Part shown: one piece after another, positions 9,045-17,528 of the stretch
Numbering within the stretch: position 1 is the first letter of the stretch
Layout: the number at the start of each line of letters is the position of its first letter
Virus record (IMG/VR): IMGVR_UViG_3300028578_000006
Span: 1 to 35,671 of that record
From: a virus
Lineage: Duplodnaviria > Caudoviricetes
DNA length: 35,671 bases
Reading direction: 5' to 3' (one strand)
Notes under the pieces: model-generated
Databases searched by the model: none
What the model saw: only the letters and a program-made list of their open reading frames with translations
Told to the model about the DNA's origin: nothing
Made by a program: the position numbers and the translations under genes

Positions 9045-9123
9045 TCGTCTCCGGCCGACTGCTCGTGGATGGTCGGTCGGTCGGAGGCTCAACCATCCAC
9101 AACCATCCACGCGAAAGGTCGAC

Positions 9124-9915
9124 ATGACGCAGACCACCGACGCCGAGGCTCCCGCCGAAGCCCCGGACATGACCGGCGCCGTCGCGCTGGCATACGTGCA
9201 CTCCGAGCGAGTCTCGTACTCCTGGCACCACTCGATCATCGAGCTGATGGGCTACGACTTCGCCAACCAGGCCCGCATCGTCCGCGGCGGGTTCGTCAGC
9301 ATCCACTGCGGCACCGACGGCCTGGTCGACGCCCGCAACAAGGCCGTCTCGACGTTCCTCGCCGACCGGCAGGCCGAATGGCTGTTCTGGGTCGACACCG
9401 ACATGGGATTCGCCCCGGACACCCTGGAGCGGCTGCTCGTCGCCGCCGACCCGCAGCACCGGCCCATCGTCGGCGCCCTGGCCTTCTCGCAGCGGCAGAA
9501 CGAGTCCGACAACTGGGGCGGGTGGCGGTGCACGGCCACGCCGACGATCTTCGACTGGGAAGAGGTCGACGGCAAGACCGGCTTCTCGGTGCGCTGGGAC
9601 TACGCGCGCAACACCGTCACCCGGGTGGCCGGCACCGGCTCGGCGTGCATCCTGATCCACCGCACCGTGCTGGAGAAGATCGCCGCCGAGCACGGCCCCA
9701 CCTGGTACAACCGGATCCCGAACCCGTCGCTGAAGGCGATGACGTCCGAGGACCTGTCGTTCTGCATGCGCGCCGGTGCGCTCGGCTTCCCGCTGCACGT
9801 CCACACCGGCGTGCAGGCCACCCACCACAAGCCGGTCTGGCTGGCCGAGGACGACTACCTACGCCAGCGCGCGGTCAACGCCGAGCTCGCATCCCGGGCG
9901 GGTGAGCGGTCGTGA
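9124..9915 (+). CDS. Glycosyltransferase (GT-A/GT2-like)
   Basis: ARNKAV, WLFWVDTD (DxD), GSACILIHR, SEDLSFC motifs. Confidence 0.85.
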   Translation: MTQTTDAEAPAEAPDMTGAVALAYVHSERVSYSWHHSIIELMGYDFANQARIVRGGFVSIHCGTDGLVDARNKAVSTFLADRQAEWLFWVDTDMGFAPDTLERLLVAADPQHRPIVGALAFSQRQNESDNWGGWRCTATPTIFDWEEVDGKTGFSVRWDYARNTVTRVAGTGSACILIHRTVLEKIAAEHGPTWYNRIPNPSLKAMTSEDLSFCMRAGALGFPLHVHTGVQATHHKPVWLAEDDYLRQRAVNAELASRAGERS

Positions 9916-10811
9916 AGGTCGGCGTCACCGGCGCGGCCGGCTTCATCGGCACCTGGCTGACACGGGAGATCCGCGACGCGGGCCACGAGGTGGTGACCTG
10001 CGACCGCACCGCTGAGCACCTCGGCGAGTCGTTCGACCTCCTCAGCGGCGGCATGTTCCGGCTGTGGCTGGTAAACCACCGCCCGGACGTGGTCGTGCAC
10101 CTGGCCGCGCAGGTCGGGCGGCTGCTGTCCGACGACGACCTGTCCCGCACCGTCCGGTGGAACGCCGAGGTGACCACGCAGGTCGCCCGCGCGTGCGGCG
10201 AGTACGGCGTGCGGCTGGCGTACGCGTCGACCAGCGAGATCTACGGCGACCGCGGCGACGCCGACGTCGACGAGGACACACCCTGGCTACTGCCGCACAA
10301 CCTCTACGGACTGAGCAAGCGGTGGGGCGAGGAAGTCGCCCGACTGTTCGCCCCGGACCGGCTGGTCATCTTCCGCCCGTCGATGCCGTACGGCCCGGGC
10401 TCCCCACCCGGCCGGGGCCGCCGCGCCATGGACACCATGCTGTGGCAGGCGCACCACCGGATGCCGATCACCGTGCACCGCGGCGCCGAGCGCTCGTGGT
10501 GCTGGGTCGGCGACACGGTCCGCGGTATCCGGCTCGCCATCGAGCAGCCCGACGCCGCGGTGCTGAACGTCGGCCGCGACGACGACCCCCGCTCGATGCT
10601 CGAGATCGCGCAGACCGCGTGCAAGCTCGCGGGCGCACCTGACAGCCTCATCGAGGAAGTCGACGCACCGACCGCCCAGACGGTGGTCAAGCGGCTGTCG
10701 ACCGACCGGCTGCGGGCGCTCGGCTGGGCCCCGACGGTTGACCTCGACGAGGGCATCCAGCGGGTCTACGACTGGGTGAGCCGCTACGACGCCGACGGGG
10801 TCCTGCAGTGA
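9912..10811 (+). CDS. NAD-dependent nucleotide-sugar epimerase/dehydratase (extended SDR)
   Basis: TGAAGFIG Rossmann motif, HLAA, ASTSEIYG, YGLSK (YxxxK). Confidence 0.92.
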   Translation: MKVGVTGAAGFIGTWLTREIRDAGHEVVTCDRTAEHLGESFDLLSGGMFRLWLVNHRPDVVVHLAAQVGRLLSDDDLSRTVRWNAEVTTQVARACGEYGVRLAYASTSEIYGDRGDADVDEDTPWLLPHNLYGLSKRWGEEVARLFAPDRLVIFRPSMPYGPGSPPGRGRRAMDTMLWQAHHRMPITVHRGAERSWCWVGDTVRGIRLAIEQPDAAVLNVGRDDDPRSMLEIAQTACKLAGAPDSLIEEVDAPTAQTVVKRLSTDRLRALGWAPTVDLDEGIQRVYDWVSRYDADGVLQ

Positions 10812-11425
10812 TCTCGATCGTGGTACCGACAATCCGCGGCCGCGAGGAGCACCTCGAGCGCTGCGTCGCAGAATACGAGGCAAACACCTCGGAGAAGTTC
10901 GAGCTGATCATCGAGCACGACCACCCGGCATGCGGGCCCGGCTGGAACACCGGAGCCGAGCGCGCCACCGGCGACATCATCCACTTCACCGCCGACGACC
11001 TGGAACCTCATGAGGGCTGGGACGTCGCCGCCCTCGAGGCGCTCGCCCGCGGTGCGCTGCCAGCGCCGCGGCTGGTCAACCAGCACGGCCAACTCGACTC
11101 GTGCGGGCTGCACGGCGTCGAGATGGAGGACTGGGCCCCGGTGCCGATGTCCGTCGTCCCGTTCATGACCCGCGAGCAGTGGCAGGCGATCGGCCCGGTT
11201 CTGCCGATCCACTACTTCACCGACAACTGGATCTCCTGGCGCGGCGCCCGAGCCGGCTGGCCGACGGTCGTCCGCCGCGGGTTCGCGTTCACGCACTGGT
11301 GGGCCGAGGTGGGCCGCGGTGCCGGCATGACCTACCAGGAGCGGATGCGTTCCGACCAGGCCGCGTACCTGGCGGCCGTCGCAGAGGTGGAGGCATCGGA
11401 TGGCGCTGTACGCGACCGCGGCTGA
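10808..11425 (+). CDS. Glycosyltransferase family 2-like
   Basis: ISIVVPT N-terminal strand, WNTGAERATGDIIHFTADD motif, YFTD. Confidence 0.85.
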   Translation: MISIVVPTIRGREEHLERCVAEYEANTSEKFELIIEHDHPACGPGWNTGAERATGDIIHFTADDLEPHEGWDVAALEALARGALPAPRLVNQHGQLDSCGLHGVEMEDWAPVPMSVVPFMTREQWQAIGPVLPIHYFTDNWISWRGARAGWPTVVRRGFAFTHWWAEVGRGAGMTYQERMRSDQAAYLAAVAEVEASDGAVRDRG

Positions 11426-11936
11426 GCTGGCCTCCCACCTGAAGAAGGACCTGGACACCGCCTCGGCGACGCAGGTCTTGGAGATTGCCTCGGCCACGTT
11501 CTCCCGCATCGCAGACACGTGGTGGGAAGCGACGGCCGCCACCTACGAGGTCCTCGGCCGCGGCCGGACGCGCATCGAGCTGCCGTTCGCACCGGTGACC
11601 GCAGTGGCGCAGGTGCGGGTGAACGGTGTCGTGACGACCGGCTGGTCGCTGGTGAAGAACGCCATCTACCTGTCCACCGGCTTCGGCTCGGCCGGCAGCT
11701 TCCCGCCGGATCTGGTCGCCGTCGACCTGACCCACGGCAAGACGACCGTCCCCGACGACGTGAAGGGCGCGGTGCTCGACACCGCCGGCCAGGCCTATGA
11801 GATCCCGGTCGGGGCCATCGTCAGCGAATCCATCGACGACTGGGCGGTTCGCTACGCCACCGCCAGCGGCGGCCTCCAGCTCACCACGTCCGCCAATGAC
11901 CTTGCCGTCGGCTACCGCGGCCCGCTCATCGCCTGA
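11400..11936 (+). CDS. Head-tail connector/adaptor protein
   Basis: YATAAEL N-terminus, VPDDVKGAV, SESIDDW motifs; GGAGG RBS. Confidence 0.75.
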   Translation: MALYATAAELASHLKKDLDTASATQVLEIASATFSRIADTWWEATAATYEVLGRGRTRIELPFAPVTAVAQVRVNGVVTTGWSLVKNAIYLSTGFGSAGSFPPDLVAVDLTHGKTTVPDDVKGAVLDTAGQAYEIPVGAIVSESIDDWAVRYATASGGLQLTTSANDLAVGYRGPLIA

Positions 11937-11947
11937 GGAGCAGTGCC

Positions 11948-12307
11948 ATGCCCGCACTCACCGGCCAGGTCATCACCACCATCACCGACGCCAGCGGTGA
12001 GCCGGTCGTCACCGTCACCTGGTTCTACAACCCGGCGAACTCCAACTTGCGCAACAACCCGGCATCCTGGACCGCGCCGTCCGGCACCGTCTACCCAGCG
12101 GGCACGGGCGCGCTCATCGGCGACAACCGGCTCGGCCGGATGGTCCGGATGCGCATCAACGACGCCGGCGGCAACCAGATCCGGCGCGTCAACCTCCCCG
12201 CCGGCGGCCGGTCGGTGACCGCGAATCAGCTCGCCAACGCGGCGCCGCCGGATGGCCCGTACACCACCGTCCAGAGCCTCAACGGCCTGACCTTCGACCT
12301 GAGCTGA
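11948..12307 (+). CDS. Hypothetical virion-region protein
   Basis: GAGGAG RBS; Thr/Asn-rich; GC-biased codons. Confidence 0.75.
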   Translation: MPALTGQVITTITDASGEPVVTVTWFYNPANSNLRNNPASWTAPSGTVYPAGTGALIGDNRLGRMVRMRINDAGGNQIRRVNLPAGGRSVTANQLANAAPPDGPYTTVQSLNGLTFDLS

Positions 12308-12308
12308 C

Positions 12309-13751
12309 ATGGCGGTCGCGGTAGTCCAGCGGTTGGCGAAGGGCTCGGCCGGAGCGGTCGCGTCGCTGTCGCTGGCGCCCGGTGACGGCTGGGCCACCCC
12401 GACCGCGGGCAACATCCTGATCGTCTTCGGTAACTCCGACTCGACGATCACCATGACCACGTCCGGCTTCACGGCGGGCCCGAGCGTCATCGACGGCAAC
12501 GGCGCGTACTCCTGGTACAAGACCGCGGCCGGTACCGAGTCGACGATCACGATCACACCGGGGGGCTCGGCCCGCACGACGATTTCGGCGATCGAGATCT
12601 CCGGCGCGGCCCTGCCGATCGACGCCTCGAATTCCAGCACGATCGCCGGTTCCAACGGCGTGGTCACCACGGCCGCGTCGGTGACCACGACGGCGGCCGG
12701 GGACTTCATCGCTGCTGCCGCGCTGCTGCACTCCTACTCGGTGTCGAGTCCGTCGTCGCCGTCCTGGACGAACAGCTTCACGCAGCAGCTGGCGTCGTCG
12801 TCGACGCCGGTGGCCGGGTCGGTGGACGTGACCACGTTCGTCGCGGAGCTGATCGCCGGGGCTGCGGGCAGCTACAGCACCGTCTGTTCGTGGACGACGA
12901 ACGCGGGCGACCGCCAGCACATCATCCTGGCCTTCAAGGAGGCCGCCGGCGGGACGGCCTTCACCCGCACAGTCGACGACCCGGCCGGCCTGACGGACTC
13001 CACGTCCGCCGTGTCCACGTTCGCGCGGACGGTCACCGACGCTGCGGGCTTCACCGACGCGGCCGCCGCAGTCTCCGCGTTCGCCCGGACCCAGACCGAC
13101 GTGTCCGGCCTGACGGACAGCGTCACCGCGGCCTCCGTGTTCACGCGCGCGCCCACCGACAGCATCGGCCTGACCGACGCGGTAGCGGTGGCGAGCGGAC
13201 CAACGCGCACCGTCGACGACTCCGTCGGCCTGACGGATTCGCTGGCCCTAGCCCGATCCGCCACCGTCAACGACGGCGCCGGGCTCACCGACGGCCTGGC
13301 GCTGGCCCGGAGTGCGACGGTCAACGACAGCGCGGGCTTGACGGACTCCGTTTCGGTGGAGCTGGCCGCCGCGGGCACTCGCCAGGTTGACGACACGATC
13401 GGCCTGACCGACTCGCTCAGCGTCTCGTCGACGCAGACCCTGACCGATTCGCTGGGCATGGTCGACGCCGTAACCCTGGCGATGTCCGCGGCCCGGGCTG
13501 CCACCGACGCGCTCGGCATCACAGACGCCGTCTCCGTCGACCGCGCCGCGACCGTCGCGGATTCCGCCGGCCTCACCGACTCGGTGTCGGTGAGCCTGAA
13601 CTCCGGCGGCAGCCATGTCGTCACCATCACCGACTCGATCGGCCTCACCTCGGCCTTCCGCATCGCGCAGACCACGTACCGACCCAGCTCGGGTGTCACT
13701 GCCCGGCCGTACGCGGGCGTGACGCCGCGCTACCCGCTCGTCCCCGACTGA
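12309..13751 (+). CDS. Ser/Thr/Ala-rich repeat protein (putative fibre/decoration)
   Basis: N-terminal beta-rich domain followed by about 12 repeats with core DxxGLTD. Confidence 0.75.
   Translation: MAVAVVQRLAKGSAGAVASLSLAPGDGWATPTAGNILIVFGNSDSTITMTTSGFTAGPSVIDGNGAYSWYKTAAGTESTITITPGGSARTTISAIEISGAALPIDASNSSTIAGSNGVVTTAASVTTTAAGDFIAAAALLHSYSVSSPSSPSWTNSFTQQLASSSTPVAGSVDVTTFVAELIAGAAGSYSTVCSWTTNAGDRQHIILAFKEAAGGTAFTRTVDDPAGLTDSTSAVSTFARTVTDAAGFTDAAAAVSAFARTQTDVSGLTDSVTAASVFTRAPTDSIGLTDAVAVASGPTRTVDDSVGLTDSLALARSATVNDGAGLTDGLALARSATVNDSAGLTDSVSVELAAAGTRQVDDTIGLTDSLSVSSTQTLTDSLGMVDAVTLAMSAARAATDALGITDAVSVDRAATVADSAGLTDSVSVSLNSGGSHVVTITDSIGLTSAFRIAQTTYRPSSGVTARPYAGVTPRYPLVPD
12960..13660 (+). 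repeat. Tandem 18-22 aa coding repeats, e.g. RTVDDSVGLTDS
   Basis: DPAGLTD, DAAGFTD, DVSGLTD, DSIGLTD, DSVGLTD, DGAGLTD, DSAGLTD, DTIGLTD, DSLGMVD, DALGITD, DSAGLTD, DSIGLTS. Confidence 0.9.
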
Positions 13752-13774
13752 GGCACAAACCGAAGGGCTGACTC

Positions 13775-14362
13775 ATGCACCTGATCGCACCGGCGGACGA
13801 GCGCACCGACGCACTGCACGCCGCCCTCGCCGCCGCCCGCGCGCTCACCCCCGACGGCATCGGCATGGTCGGCTACGGCGTCGCCGAGCTGATCGACGGC
13901 GAGGGCCGACTCAAGCAGCTGGTGCCGTTCCACAACCTCATCACCGACGCCGGTGACCTCTACATCGCCGGGAAGATCATCGCTGCGATCGCGCCGGCCA
14001 GCCCGGCGGCGCCGACCGCGGCGAACGGGATGAAGCTCGGCACCGCGTCCACCGCGGCCACGAAGGCCGACGCCGGGCTCGCGACCTACCTCACCGCGTC
14101 CAACGTGGCGTTCGACGCCACCTACCCGCAGACCGCGAACCTCGGCGCGGGCCTGGGCGTTAACGCCGTCTACCGCACCACCTGGGTTGCGGGCGTGGCC
14201 ACGTCGGCGACGATCAACGAGGTGGCAATCGTGAACGACCAGGCCACCAACGCCGATACGTCTGCGGCGAACACCTACAGCCGGGCCGTGCTGACGACGG
14301 TCAACAAGACCGCCTCGGACAGCTTGGCGATCACCTGGAACTGGAAGGCTCTCGGCGCGTGA
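13775..14362 (+). CDS. Putative virion structural protein
   Basis: HNLITDAG, INEVAI, VNKTASDSLAITW motifs recalled from fibre-associated phage proteins; GAAGGG RBS. Confidence 0.7.
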   Translation: MHLIAPADERTDALHAALAAARALTPDGIGMVGYGVAELIDGEGRLKQLVPFHNLITDAGDLYIAGKIIAAIAPASPAAPTAANGMKLGTASTAATKADAGLATYLTASNVAFDATYPQTANLGAGLGVNAVYRTTWVAGVATSATINEVAIVNDQATNADTSAANTYSRAVLTTVNKTASDSLAITWNWKALGA

Positions 14363-14511
14363 GCTCCGACGGTGCGGGCCTCACCGACGAGCTGGTGGTG
14401 GAGCTCAACGGGCCACCACCGCCGTCGCGCGACCCGTCGCCCCCGACCCCGACGTCCCCGCCGACCGCCCCAGCGGCCGAGGAGGCGCGATGCAGCTCCA
14501 CGACACCGTGA
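14359..14511 (+). CDS. 50-aa peptide with one DGAGLTD repeat and a Pro/Thr-rich tail
   Basis: GTGA overlap; MSSDGAGLTDELVVELNGPPPPSRDPSPPTPTSPPTAPAAEEARCSSTTP; not in the ORF track. Confidence 0.5.
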   Translation: MSSDGAGLTDELVVELNGPPPPSRDPSPPTPTSPPTAPAAEEARCSSTTP

Positions 14512-14822
14512 CCCGGCTGCGCGCCCCGCTGGTCTCCGCAGGGTATGGGAACTCAGCGCGCGACTGGCCGGCCGCCGTCAGCCAGGACTTCCTGGTGCAC
14601 TGGTCGACGAAGACCACGACCGAGGTGGTTGGCGACGAAGCCAAGACGGTCACCCGGACCAAGATCTTCGGCGGCCCGGATCTAGCCCTCGAAGCCACGG
14701 ACCGGATCGTGTTCCAGGGCGAGACCTACGAGGTCGACGGGGACGTCATGAACTCGTACCGCTTCGGCCAGCTGCACCACGTCCGCGCGATGCTGCGCCG
14801 CGTTGCCATGCCGGGGAGCTAG
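14490..14822 (+). CDS. Head-tail adaptor/stopper (SPP1 gp16-like)
   Basis: GGAGG RBS; GYGN...DW and ATDRIVFQGETYEVDG motifs. Confidence 0.8.
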   Translation: MQLHDTVTRLRAPLVSAGYGNSARDWPAAVSQDFLVHWSTKTTTEVVGDEAKTVTRTKIFGGPDLALEATDRIVFQGETYEVDGDVMNSYRFGQLHHVRAMLRRVAMPGS

Positions 14823-15085
14823 CGTCTGCGGGTCTTGCGGCGGTAGGCGCGGTGCATGTCGCCGATCTTCGGGTGCCGCTGGCGGAACAGCGCCCAGTAG
14901 CTGCAGGCACTCATCCGGTCCACGGAAAAGCTCACCGATGCGCAGCGGCCGTGTAGGTCGAAGCCCAGCAGCGCATCCGTCAGCGGGTCGTCGGCGAGGG
15001 TCATCTGGCAGGACTCGGCGGCGCCCATCGGAACCCAGTCGGTCCAGTTGATGACGGACGTTCCAGCGGGTGCGTAATACAGCAT
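14819..15085 (-). CDS. Antisense moron-like small protein with tail-tube-like N-terminus
   Basis: Fills a 300-bp gap; convergent CTAG stop overlap; TAAGCT -10 element 6 nt before ATG (leaderless-type). Confidence 0.6.
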   Translation of the reverse strand: MLYYAPAGTSVINWTDWVPMGAAESCQMTLADDPLTDALLGFDLHGRCASVSFSVDRMSACSYWALFRQRHPKIGDMHRAYRRKTRRR

Positions 15086-15119
15086 CTGACCAGCTTAGAC
15101 GTCCGGGGGTGAGCTGGCC

Positions 15120-15527
15120 GTGGCGTTTGCCCTGCTGCCCGACATGGAGCAAGAACTGGTCACCTTCCTCGCCGCGCACGCCAGCCTCGTCCCACTGCAC
15201 GGCGGCCGGGTCGGCACCGAGGTCGACACCGACCTCGCGTGCCTTCAGGTGACCGCCCTTGGCGGAACCATGCCGTGGCCGTGGGAGGGGACCGTCGAGT
15301 TCGCCGTCTCCGCGTGGGGCCCGCGCGAAGGGGCGACCGCCAAGGCCGACGCGAACCTGCTCGCCCGCACCGTCGCAGCCGCCGCCTACGACATCGTCGG
15401 CCAGGCCGTCACCGGCGGCCGAGTCATCGGCGCCGACGTGCGCCTCGCGCCGCTGTGGTCGCCGGACGAAGAGACCGCCCGGGCCCGGTACCGCACTGAT
15501 ATCGCACTGATCGTCTACCCCGCATGA
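15120..15527 (+). CDS. Tail terminator/completion protein
   Basis: LPDMEQELV N-terminus, LWSPDEETARARY C-terminus; precedes major tail gene. Confidence 0.75.
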   Translation: MAFALLPDMEQELVTFLAAHASLVPLHGGRVGTEVDTDLACLQVTALGGTMPWPWEGTVEFAVSAWGPREGATAKADANLLARTVAAAAYDIVGQAVTGGRVIGADVRLAPLWSPDEETARARYRTDIALIVYPA

Positions 15528-15541
15528 CCAGGAGGAGCACC

Positions 15542-15796
15542 GTGGCCGAGCGCCAATTCGTGGTGGTGGAGGACATCCCGCACGGCGGGGTGCTCGCCTA
15601 CACCCGAGGTCAGACCATCACCGCCGAAGCCGTCGAGGCGAACGGCTGGCAGGACCACGTCGCCGCCGTCGGCACGAAGTCCGCCGCCGAGGTCCAGGCC
15701 GACATCACCGGCCGCGACCCCGCCGAGTTCCAGACCATCACGCGCAGCGCGAAGAGCACCAGCTCGGACAGCGCCAGCGCCGAGCCGAAGGGCTGA
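15542..15796 (+). CDS. Hypothetical tail-region protein
   Basis: AGGAGGAG RBS before GTG 15542 (ATG 15524 alternative). Confidence 0.75.
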   Translation: MAERQFVVVEDIPHGGVLAYTRGQTITAEAVEANGWQDHVAAVGTKSAAEVQADITGRDPAEFQTITRSAKSTSSDSASAEPKG

Positions 15797-15799
15797 CCC

Positions 15800-16390
15800 G
15801 TGGCCGTCGCAACCATCACCCCCGGACTCATCCAGACCGGGCCGGGCCGGATCTACTACGCGCCGCTGGCCACCGCCATCCCGACCATCACCGCCGCCGC
15901 GAGCAAGATCGCCGCGACGTGGACCAACTGGGTGCAGGTCGGCTCGACGGACGCGGGCATGACTTACACCGAGGCGACCGAGACGGCCGACATCCGGGTG
16001 GCCGAGTCGAAGTACCCGGTCCGTACGGTCACCACCTCCAAGTCGAGCCGAGTGTCCTTTGTCGCGAACGAGATCAGCGACCTGATCTGGAAGCTCGCGA
16101 TGAACGGTGGCGTGAACACGATCACCGGCGCGGGCGCCACGAAGCTGTCCGAGTACTCGCCGCCGCTCGCCGACGCCGAGGTCCGGGTGATGCTCGCGTT
16201 CGTCGACAACCTCGACACCGAGGCGCTGGTCTGGCCGCAGGTGTTCAACGTCGGCTCGGTGGAGTACGTGCGCGGCACGTTCGAAACCAAGGCCGGGCTC
16301 TCCATGGAGTTCAACGCCGAGATCCCCGCGACGGGCTACACGACCCCGTACCGCCGGTTCACCGCGGGCGCGCTCGCGCTCGGCACCTGA
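15800..16390 (+). CDS. Major tail (tube) protein
   Basis: GPGRIYYAP...WVQVGSTDAG motif; 196 aa; upstream of chaperones and tape measure. Confidence 0.85.
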   Translation: MAVATITPGLIQTGPGRIYYAPLATAIPTITAAASKIAATWTNWVQVGSTDAGMTYTEATETADIRVAESKYPVRTVTTSKSSRVSFVANEISDLIWKLAMNGGVNTITGAGATKLSEYSPPLADAEVRVMLAFVDNLDTEALVWPQVFNVGSVEYVRGTFETKAGLSMEFNAEIPATGYTTPYRRFTAGALALGT

Positions 16391-16467
16391 TCCACCTGAA
16401 CGGCGGGGCCGGATTCCTGGCGGCGTCCGGTCCCGTCTCAGCCGCCAGCGCCGCCGCAGGAGAAGTC

Positions 16468-16806
16468 ATGCCAGAGCAGCAAGAGCTACCCGAAGACGCG
16501 TTCGCCGCGACCGAGCTGATGGCGGGCGGCAGCCTGATCGAGCAGGACATCATCGTCAAGGCGAACGCGGGCGCCATGCTCACGTTCGCGGTGTGGAGCC
16601 TGCCGGCGGACGTCGTCGGCGCCCTCTTCAGGGACGCGCCGCACGCTTTCACTGCGGCGTACGGCAATGCGTGCGACGCGTACGGGGTCAGCGAGAGGAG
16701 CCGTGGTCCGGCCACGCACTCACTCGGCGTCGTCGGTGACAAACGAGCCTTCGAGGATGCGGTCCTCGAAGCGGTCGGGCGGCTACAGAAGCACGGGGTG
16801 CTCTGA
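16468..16806 (+). CDS. Hypothetical protein between tail tube and chaperone
   Basis: AGGAG RBS; TGATG coupling to next gene. Confidence 0.65.
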   Translation: MPEQQELPEDAFAATELMAGGSLIEQDIIVKANAGAMLTFAVWSLPADVVGALFRDAPHAFTAAYGNACDAYGVSERSRGPATHSLGVVGDKRAFEDAVLEAVGRLQKHGVL

Positions 16807-17282
16807 TGGCCAAGCTCGGCAGCTTCGGCGCGGCCGTCCGGGAACTCGACCCGGACAGCGACCGCGACACCTTCGACTTCTTCGGCGAGACGTTCACCGT
16901 CCACGGTGTCATCCCGGCGATGCTGATGCTGCGCCTCGGCGCGTTCATGGCCGGCGAGCTCGGCGCGATCGAGTCGAACGCGGTCGTCTTCAAAGCGCTG
17001 CGTCACGCCCTGACCATCCCCGCCGACCCGGCCAGCAAGACCCCTGCGGACTCGTCGCAGTTCGACAAGTTCGAGGATCTGGCCCTGGCCAAGCGTTGCG
17101 ACTTCGACGAGCTGATCAAGCTGTCGTTCGCGCTGGTGGGCATCCTGATCGATTTTCCTACCGAGCAGCCGCCCACCTCTGCGGATGGGCCGCTGCCAAC
17201 TGGAGAGACGTCGAGCTCCTCTGCCTCGGATACCCCGGCCTCGCCCGCCTCGAAGTCGGGCGGCAAGGGCTCGGCTGGCTGA
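16806..17282 (+). CDS. Tail assembly chaperone (G-like)
   Basis: Position before tape measure; Ser/Pro low-complexity tail after IDFPT. Confidence 0.8.
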   Translation: MAKLGSFGAAVRELDPDSDRDTFDFFGETFTVHGVIPAMLMLRLGAFMAGELGAIESNAVVFKALRHALTIPADPASKTPADSSQFDKFEDLALAKRCDFDELIKLSFALVGILIDFPTEQPPTSADGPLPTGETSSSSASDTPASPASKSGGKGSAG

Positions 17283-17518
17283 ACGACGTCTCCGGCCGGC
17301 TGCTGCTGAACACCATCGTCTACGGCCACCTGACCCAGCAGTACCTGCACGCCGCCGAATGCAAGGAACGGTGCGCCCCGGGCTGTGCCCGCCGGGCCTT
17401 CGACGAGTGGCTCAACGAGCCGGTCACCAAGACCGAGCGGGACGCCGAAGAGGCCAACGAGCTCAAGCTCCGCGCCGTGCAGCAGCAGCTCCAGTCGATG
17501 TTCGGCGGTCAGACGTGA
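17151..17518 (+). CDS. Tail assembly chaperone -1 frameshift extension (GT-like)
   Basis: GATTTTCCTA at 17151-17160; the -1 frame continues SYRAAAHLCGWAAANW... to TGA 17518 with no obvious own RBS. Confidence 0.7.
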
Positions 17519-17528
17519 GGGGGCGGCA

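Noticed and set aside
9124-11425. DNA glycosylation or host surface conversion role for the GT cassette
   Set aside because: Not excluded but disfavoured: late structural location, no base-modifying enzyme nearby and no membrane flippase or polymerase
12960-13660. CRISPR-like array
   Set aside because: Repeats are degenerate, in frame and conserved at protein level; no repeat-spacer structure or cas genes seen in the window
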